Origin: Ignavibacteriota bacterium
Lineage (GTDB): Bacteria > Bacteroidota > Ignavibacteria > Kapaibacteriales > UBA961
Assembly (NCBI GenBank): GCA_016197185.1
Contig: JACPWH010000199.1
Span: 1 to 63,785, forward strand
Reading direction: 5' to 3'
Length of the DNA stretch: 63,785 nucleotides
The notes beneath the pieces were generated by a model. That model was not told the DNA's origin, did no database searches, and saw nothing but the letters and a program-made list of their open reading frames with translations. The position numbers were made by a program, and so were the translations under genes. Of the stretch, positions 57,191 to 63,785 are shown one piece after another. The number at the start of each line of letters is the position of its first letter. The stretch's first letter is position 1.

Positions 57191-59818
57191 TTATCGCTTG
57201 TTTTTTTTACCCGCTTCTTTCTGTAATTCAACCAGAGTTTGCAATGCCATCATTGGGGTTAGCTTGTTGAGGTCAAGCGAGCGGAGTTTTTCTCGAAGAG
57301 CATCATCCTTAATTTCAAAGAAAGAAAGCTGGTAGTTACCTTCTTTTTCTTTAGTTGACGAAGGAATTTGTGCTAATTTTTTATCTCCTTTATGCTCTAA
57401 CTCATGTAAAATTTCAGTAGCTCTCTCTATCACTGCCGAAGGTAAACCTGCCATTTGTGCAACATGTATTCCAAATGAATGATCACTTGCACCGTGAACA
57501 ACCCTGTGAGTAAATATCACGGAATTGCCAATTTCTTGTACCTCAACTTTATAGTTACAAATCCGTTCAAATTGTCCTGCCAGATCGTTTAATTCGTGAT
57601 AATGCGTTGCAAAAAGTGTTTTTGCCCTCGTGTTTTCATGCAGATACTCTGCTATTGCCCATGCTATTGAGATTCCGTCGAAAGTTGCCGTGCCTCTCCC
57701 CACTTCATCGAGCAGTATCAAACTTTTGCTTGTTGCATTGTTGAGAATATTAGCTGCTTCTTGCATCTCCACCAAAAAAGTGCTTTCTCCGGCGGTAATA
57801 TTATCTTGAGCCCCAACTCTCGTAAAGATCCTGTCAATTACGCCTAAATGTACATCGGTTGCCGGAACATAAGACCCGATTTGAGCCAGTAAAACAATTA
57901 AACCTACCTGCCGTAAATAGCAAGATTTACCCGACATATTCGGTCCGGTGATAATGTGTATCTGCTCTGTTTCTGTGGAAATCTTAGTACTGTTCGGTGA
58001 GAAATGCTCTCCGAGTGGAAGTACACGTTCAACAACCGGATGCCGACCATTGGTAATGGAAAGTGTATTTGAATCATCAATTATCGGTTTGCAATAATCA
58101 TATTCCCGTGCAGCATGAGCAAAACTTTGGATGCAGTCCAATGCTGCAATCCGTGAGGCAAGCACTTGAATTTGCTCAGTATATTCAGCAATTTTTGTAC
58201 GGAGCTCCACAAACAGCCGTAGCTCAACCTCTGCTATCTTTTCCTCTGCAGTTAGGATTTTAGTTTCAATTTCCTTTAATGCTTGTGTTGTATAACGTTC
58301 GCCTGTCGAAATGGTTTGTTTGCGGTCATAATGTTCCGGTGCCTTGCTCTTATGAGTATTACTTATTTCGATATAATATCCGAAAACATTATTAAAACTC
58401 ACTTTGAGGGATGGAATTCCTGATGTTTCACGTTCAGTTGCCTGATAATTTGCAATCCAATTTTTACCGGAATACATTGCTTCGCGATACATATCAATTT
58501 CCGATGAGAATCCTTCTCTAAAACACGCACCCGATCCAATTTGAGCAGAAATATCATCAGCTAACGCTTGTTCTATCATCTTTACTACACCATCTAACGG
58601 TTCCAAAGCATTCGCTAATGATTGAAGAGCAGAAGAATTAATATCAGTAAGAATTGAGCGGATTGAAGGGATTTTCTGCAAACTCTTTTTAAGCGACACT
58701 ACATCTCTGGGGTTAGCACGACCGGTTGAAACCTTTGAAATCAGACGCTCTATATCACCAATTTCCGACATTTCACTTCGAAGGTAATCCGAATTGCCTC
58801 CACCTTCCACCAATGCACCAACAGCATCAAGTCTCCTTTGGATTGGTTCTACAGTTCTGAGAGGTCTGGTGATCCACTGTTTGAACATCCGCCCACCCAT
58901 TGGAGTTTTAGTTTTATCGAGGATTGAAATTAATGTGCCTTCACGACCTGAGTCCTTCATCGAAAAAATTATTTCCAAATTGCGCCTTGTTGCAAAATCC
59001 AGTGTCATAAACTCCGAAGGATTAAACACGCTCATTCGTTTAATTTGCGAAGCTCCGCCTTGTTGGGTTTCAGATACATAGTGCAGGGTTGCTCCGGCTG
59101 CAATAAGGCCTGCTGTTTGTGATTCGACTCCAAAACCCTTTAAAGAGGTTGTTTTGAAATGCCGAATTAAGTTTTCAGCAGCAAATTGACTATCAAAAAT
59201 CCAATCTTCGAGCTTTGTTATTACAGGTGTAATCGAAAGCTCACTCAAATGTTCCGAAATTACTTTTAGTTGTGGTTTACTTACTATTATTTCTGCAGGT
59301 GCAAGAGTTTCAAGAAGTGAAATCAACTCATGAATATGTACTTCTGAAGAAAAGAAATGCCCTGTAGAAACATCGGCACAGGCAAGTCCGGCAAGAATTT
59401 CACCTGATTTAAGAGTATAAAAATATAATGCAGCTACATAATTGTTGTGCTTTGAATCCAATAACTTATCGTTCATTGCTACACCGGGTGTCACCACCTC
59501 TACTACACCTCGCCTGACTATGCCTCGCGCAAGTTTGGGGTCTTCAAGTTGCTCGCATACAGCAACCCGATATCCGGCACGAACAAGTTTTGGAAGGTAA
59601 TTATCTAATTGGTGGTGAGGGAATCCTGCAAGAGGTACTTCGCCCGCTTCTCCATTGTTACGTTTGGTAAGGGTAATTCCACAAACCCGGGCAGTGATTT
59701 CGGCATCTCCTTCGAACGTTTCAAAGAAATCTCCCATGCGAAAGAGGAGAATTGCTTCTGGATTTTTCTGTTTAATCTGACTGTATTGCCGCATCAATGG
59801 GGTTTGTTTGGTACTCAT
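57191..59818 (-). CDS. mutS: DNA mismatch repair protein MutS
   Basis: TPLMRQY...GDFFETF (mismatch-binding domain), Walker A GPNMSGKS, LLDEVGRGT and THYHELN. Confidence 0.95.
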   Translation of the reverse strand: MSTKQTPLMRQYSQIKQKNPEAILLFRMGDFFETFEGDAEITARVCGITLTKRNNGEAGEVPLAGFPHHQLDNYLPKLVRAGYRVAVCEQLEDPKLARGIVRRGVVEVVTPGVAMNDKLLDSKHNNYVAALYFYTLKSGEILAGLACADVSTGHFFSSEVHIHELISLLETLAPAEIIVSKPQLKVISEHLSELSITPVITKLEDWIFDSQFAAENLIRHFKTTSLKGFGVESQTAGLIAAGATLHYVSETQQGGASQIKRMSVFNPSEFMTLDFATRRNLEIIFSMKDSGREGTLISILDKTKTPMGGRMFKQWITRPLRTVEPIQRRLDAVGALVEGGGNSDYLRSEMSEIGDIERLISKVSTGRANPRDVVSLKKSLQKIPSIRSILTDINSSALQSLANALEPLDGVVKMIEQALADDISAQIGSGACFREGFSSEIDMYREAMYSGKNWIANYQATERETSGIPSLKVSFNNVFGYYIEISNTHKSKAPEHYDRKQTISTGERYTTQALKEIETKILTAEEKIAEVELRLFVELRTKIAEYTEQIQVLASRIAALDCIQSFAHAAREYDYCKPIIDDSNTLSITNGRHPVVERVLPLGEHFSPNSTKISTETEQIHIITGPNMSGKSCYLRQVGLIVLLAQIGSYVPATDVHLGVIDRIFTRVGAQDNITAGESTFLVEMQEAANILNNATSKSLILLDEVGRGTATFDGISIAWAIAEYLHENTRAKTLFATHYHELNDLAGQFERICNYKVEVQEIGNSVIFTHRVVHGASDHSFGIHVAQMAGLPSAVIERATEILHELEHKGDKKLAQIPSSTKEKEGNYQLSFFEIKDDALREKLRSLDLNKLTPMMALQTLVELQKEAGKKNKR

Positions 59819-59964
59819 GCGGCAAAATTACAAAAAATCAATCGGAAGTGGAAGAATTATACATTGAATTGAACTTTGAATATGAATCATGTATTTCTGC
59901 CACTATAAAAAGATTGGTTTTTCTTTTCTTCGAACCGGATACAGTTTTGAGTAACAACATGAAA

Positions 59965-59997
59965 CAAAAAAGACGACATCTTGAACGGATGACGTCT
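59965..59997 (-). terminator. Rho-independent terminator after amt (bidirectional appearance)
   Basis: Stem gacgacatc / gatgacgtc has 8 of 9 pairs and spans 59972..59996. It has A-run and T-run flanks. Confidence 0.6.
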
Positions 59998-60055
59998 TTT
60001 TTTTGTATAATTTATGAATGTATAGAAATCTAATAAAGAACAATATTTTTACATT

Positions 60056-61273
60056 TCACAGAACGCCCTCATCATACGCTTTTTCACCATGAAGGACTTC
60101 ATCAAGCCCTAATGCTTCTAAATGACTTTCCACTTTAACCGGGGTAATCTTATTGATGATAACAAGCATTATATATGTAAATACGAAGGCATAAATTGCA
60201 GCTCCGATTGCAGCTAAAATTTGTTTCCAGAAGAAAGAGTTTCCTCCATAGAATAAACCATCTGCCCCGGCAACATTAATAGCTTTCGAAGCAAAAATGC
60301 CAAGAAGGATAGTTCCTAAAAATCCTCCTACACCGTGAACTCCCCATACATCCAATGCATCATCCCATTTCATTTTATTTTTTAAATGTACTGCAAAATA
60401 ACAAATCACACCGGCAGCAATCCCAATTATTGGAGATGCCCACACAGGCACAAATCCAGCGCACGGAGTTATCGTTGCCAGCCCCGCAATCGAGCCCGTA
60501 AGTAATCCCACAAATTTAGGCTTCTTCTCTCGAGACCATTCAATTACCAGCCATGCAATTGTAGCAAAAGAAGCTGCTATATCAGTATTAATAAAAGCAG
60601 TAGAAGTTACAAAATCCACAGAAACTTCGCTGCCGGCATTAAAACCGTACCATCCGAACCACAATAAACCGCTGCCGATAGCAACGAGAGGAATGCTATT
60701 AGGAGTTGAATTTTTGTCCATCCTCGCTTTAACATAAAAGACCGAAGCTAAAGCAGCAAAACCCGCAGTAACATGAACTACGATGCCTCCTGCAAAATCT
60801 AGAACGCCCCACTCGGCAAGCAAACCACCGCCCCATATCATGTGAACAAAAGGATAGTAAACTAAAATCTGCCACACAGTAAGAAAAACCAGATATGCCT
60901 TAAAATTAATCCTATTCACAAATGCACCCGTAATAAGTGCAGGAGTGATAATCGCAAACATCATCTGATAGGCGAAAAACACAAATTCGGGTATCTTACC
61001 ATTCGTGTACATCGTATCGGAATTTATTCCATTCAAAAATGCTTTATGGAAATCACCTATTATACCTCCTTCTCCACCGCTAAAGCAAAGCGAATAACCA
61101 AACAATACCCATAATACGGTTGTCCAGCCCAATGAAACAAAACTTTGCATCATTATACCTAATATATTGCGCTTCGAAGCCAATCCTCCGTAGAAAAATG
61201 CCAAGCCTGGAGTCATAAGCATCACCAAACTTGTAGCTAAGAGCATAAACCCGGTAGAACCTGTATCTATCAT
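60056..61273 (-). CDS. amt: Ammonium transporter (Amt family)
   Basis: 405 aa with about 11 TM helices. DFAGGIVVHVTAGFAAL and GVHGVGGFLGTILLGIFA are Amt signatures. Confidence 0.92.
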   Translation of the reverse strand: MIDTGSTGFMLLATSLVMLMTPGLAFFYGGLASKRNILGIMMQSFVSLGWTTVLWVLFGYSLCFSGGEGGIIGDFHKAFLNGINSDTMYTNGKIPEFVFFAYQMMFAIITPALITGAFVNRINFKAYLVFLTVWQILVYYPFVHMIWGGGLLAEWGVLDFAGGIVVHVTAGFAALASVFYVKARMDKNSTPNSIPLVAIGSGLLWFGWYGFNAGSEVSVDFVTSTAFINTDIAASFATIAWLVIEWSREKKPKFVGLLTGSIAGLATITPCAGFVPVWASPIIGIAAGVICYFAVHLKNKMKWDDALDVWGVHGVGGFLGTILLGIFASKAINVAGADGLFYGGNSFFWKQILAAIGAAIYAFVFTYIMLVIINKITPVKVESHLEALGLDEVLHGEKAYDEGVL

Positions 61274-61314
61274 AAATTTTTAAAATGATTATAAAATAAT
61301 TGAACTAATTATTA

Positions 61315-62130
61315 TCAAAATGTCATTCCAAATACAAAATAGCAGATCGATGATTGGGGATTAAATATTAAAGAAGCCTTGACGGGTAATTCAAAATCTT
61401 GTGAAATTTTTATTTTGCGATTTCCGGTTATTCCCAGATTAACTACTCCAAGAGTGTTCCCGTAATATCCGGCAATAGGAGAGAAGCCAATAAATACATC
61501 GGCAGTATTTCCTTGAATAGGGAAACTATAGCCTACTTCAAAATAGGAAGAGTAGTAAGTTTTACTAACAACATCCTTTTCGGGGTCGTATCCCCACCTC
61601 TTGTCATTCCCATAGAAGAAAATATTTCCTTGCAACCATAAAGGGAAATTATCTCCGCCCTTGAAAAGTAAAGAACCTTCAAACACATGACAGGTTGTTT
61701 TATCATTGTAGTTAAAATACTTTATATTTGGTGAAGCAAATGCTCCTCCATTTGCATACGGAATGCAATAATCTGTAAATATGCCTGTGATAGTTTTATA
61801 GGTATATTTTAGGTACAAGTCTATTTCTTTGTAGTTACTATTTGTGGCAATAGAGCCCCAAAAACCTATCTCAAGATTTGGTAAGGAAAGTGATATTGTC
61901 GGCTCAATACTAGGAGAATCACCATAATCAGTTCCTCTCCAAATGTATCTGCTCATCACATCGGAGGTGACATTTAATTTAAGATCTGATTGTGAAGCGT
62001 CTTTAGCTGCAACAGAACTGGTGTCTTTGCTATTCTGCGATAGAACTGTATGTGTAGATAATAACAGGAGGGAAACCAACAACAGACTTTGTTTTATAAA
62101 TTTCAATCGAGTAGTATAAATTACTTCCAT
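61315..62130 (-). CDS. TorF/Gcw_chp-family putative outer-membrane porin
   Basis: Signal peptide. SRYIWRGTDYGDSPSIEPTISL is followed by alternating beta pattern ending in F. It lies immediately upstream of amt on the same strand. Confidence 0.55.
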   Translation of the reverse strand: MEVIYTTRLKFIKQSLLLVSLLLLSTHTVLSQNSKDTSSVAAKDASQSDLKLNVTSDVMSRYIWRGTDYGDSPSIEPTISLSLPNLEIGFWGSIATNSNYKEIDLYLKYTYKTITGIFTDYCIPYANGGAFASPNIKYFNYNDKTTCHVFEGSLLFKGGDNFPLWLQGNIFFYGNDKRWGYDPEKDVVSKTYYSSYFEVGYSFPIQGNTADVFIGFSPIAGYYGNTLGVVNLGITGNRKIKISQDFELPVKASLIFNPQSSICYFVFGMTF

Positions 62131-62421
62131 AATTCTCTCATAAAAATAAACATAACTTCTAACTCTTAATCAATATATACCTTTACCTTTACATTTACAA
62201 CACCATGAAATTATGTTTCGAAATGCAGTCTGTTTTATCGAATCGAATTTCAATGGTGAGGCTAAGGGGTTCTCAATGTAATTCTCATTTTTTTGATTTT
62301 TTTACAAAGTTATAATTATATTTCTGAATCTGCAAAATAATGTTTTAAATAGTGATAAATTCCTTATTGTGAGTAAATTAAAGTAATGAAATACGAATCT
62401 AATTCAAAAAACTGAAACTAT

Positions 62422-63785
62422 TTATCGAATAATTACAATCGGTATCTTGAGTGAATGGCGGACAGGAGAAATTGTGGTACCATATAAGAAATCAAAGAAA
62501 CCTCGATGACCATGCGCACCCATCACCAATATATCAATTTCAGTACTTTTTGCCAGTCTAATAATTTCTTTGGGAACTGAACCATAGCCCAACACAGATT
62601 TTGCTTTCAAGTTACTTTCAAGTAATAATGCTGCAATTTTATCTAAATATTCAGCATCTTCCCTGGCTTCTTCACTATATGTCTGTTCGCCCAGAACTAT
62701 ACCGCTTGCTCCCTCTACTATATGAAAAATCAATAATTCCGCTTTATGATGCACAGCAAGGCTTATTGCATGACTAAGAACATTCTTGTCTGATTTGGAT
62801 AGATCAATCGCAACACCTATTTTTTTATAAACCGGTAATTCTAATGTCAAATCAGGCTCATCCTTTCCAAAATACTTACCAATATGCTCTTTTACTATAG
62901 ATTTTACATTCGTTATTTTTCCAAGAGGTCTGAAACATACATACCAAAGCAGAACAAGTAATATGGAACCAAGTGCGAAAGCAAATATATAAACAGCATA
63001 CGGGCTATCTGATGAAGCAATCCACTTCCTAAAACTATCAATGACTAACCAAACATTGAGTGAAAGAATAATAGCTGTTATTGTCCATGCTATAGTTTTC
63101 ACCCATACTTTATTGGCGAATTCCCCCATACGTTCACGGCTGTTTGTGAACCGAATAAGCGGAATTATGGCAAACGACAATTGAAGGCTGAGTATGACCT
63201 GGCTTAAAATCAAAAGTTGATATGCCCCTTCTCCTTGATCAACTGAAGTTAGGATAACTATAACGGCAGGAACAATAGCAATAAGTCTGGTAATAAGCCG
63301 GCGAAGCTGAGGGCGAATCTTAAAATTCAAGAACCCCTCCATGATAATCTGTCCTGCCAATGTTCCGGTGAGCGTAGAAGACTGTCCTGCAGCCAAGAGA
63401 GCGACAGCAAAAACAATCCCTGCCAAACTTGTTCCTAAAAGAGGAGAAATCAGTGTGTGAGCCTGTTGAAGTTGAGTGACTTCAAGTCCATTTTTGAAAA
63501 ACACGGAAGCAGCAAGAATGAGTATTGCGGCATTGACGAAAAATGCACCGTTGAGGGCAATCATCGAATCCCAGAAATTATACTTACAAGCTAATTTTTT
63601 ACCTTCGGTACTTGTATCGAAAGCACGGGTTTGCACAAGTGCCGAATGAAGGTATAAATTATGAGGCATAACTGTTGCACCGATAATACCTGTTACAACC
63701 ACCAAAGCACCATCTGGCAAATGAGGAATAAATCCGCCTGCAATCAATCCCAAATCGGGTTTAGAAAGAAAAAGTTCAAAAATGA
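62422..63785 (-). CDS. mntH: Nramp (MntH-like) divalent metal transporter fused to a C-terminal universal stress protein domain; 5' end lies outside the window
   Basis: The frame stays open to position 63785 (IFELFLSKPDLGLIAGGFIP...). The Nramp motif is GATVMPHNLYLHSALV. The USP domain is KKIGVAIDLSKSDKNVLSHAISLA...ILVMGAHGHRGFFDFLYGTT. Confidence 0.85.
   Translation of the reverse strand, partial: IFELFLSKPDLGLIAGGFIPHLPDGALVVVTGIIGATVMPHNLYLHSALVQTRAFDTSTEGKKLACKYNFWDSMIALNGAFFVNAAILILAASVFFKNGLEVTQLQQAHTLISPLLGTSLAGIVFAVALLAAGQSSTLTGTLAGQIIMEGFLNFKIRPQLRRLITRLIAIVPAVIVILTSVDQGEGAYQLLILSQVILSLQLSFAIIPLIRFTNSRERMGEFANKVWVKTIAWTITAIILSLNVWLVIDSFRKWIASSDSPYAVYIFAFALGSILLVLLWYVCFRPLGKITNVKSIVKEHIGKYFGKDEPDLTLELPVYKKIGVAIDLSKSDKNVLSHAISLAVHHKAELLIFHIVEGASGIVLGEQTYSEEAREDAEYLDKIAALLLESNLKAKSVLGYGSVPKEIIRLAKSTEIDILVMGAHGHRGFFDFLYGTTISPVRHSLKIPIVIIR

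Overview
This is a 63.8-kb A+T-rich chromosomal segment. By inference it comes from a flagellated member of the FCB group (Ignavibacteria/Chlorobi-like). Supporting signs are three proteins with T9SS C-terminal sorting tails, a Fibrobacter-type paralogous domain, TAnnTTTG promoter boxes and a flagellar cluster. I support about 50 protein genes. Most are housekeeping: pfkA, nadK, purF, serS, a SurA-like PPIase, a LolC/E permease, tig-clpP-clpX-yciH, rplU-rpmA, mutS, amt and an Nramp transporter. There is one tRNA-Leu(UAG). The flagellar cluster reads flgF-flgG-flgA-[flgH remnant]-flgI-flgJ-flgN-flgK-flgL-motA. I see no CRISPR array, transposase, integrase or rRNA. Six things are not explained by routine annotation. 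(1) A family of mosaic non-coding repeats sits at five intergenic loci; it includes a ~170-bp pair and a ~346-bp inverted pair that brackets 25 kb. (2) flgH is reduced to its last ~70 codons and abuts the flgA stop, and motA has no motB and lies between two repeat copies. (3) An exact sigma-54 promoter with two tandem 58-bp upstream repeats precedes an orphan NarL-type response regulator. (4) A visibly lower-GC island at 38.9-43.1 kb encodes a TPR-LuxR regulator translationally coupled to a beta-trefoil-like protein, plus an uncharacterised secreted protein. (5) A 1114-aa PD-(D/E)XK nuclease / Upf1-like SF1 helicase fusion lies divergent from a DnaQ-GIY-YIG fusion. (6) Domain oddities include a His-rich tail on trigger factor, FlgJ carrying an SLT domain, and an Nramp-USP fusion. 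All calls come from reading the sequence and translations by eye; no searches were run.
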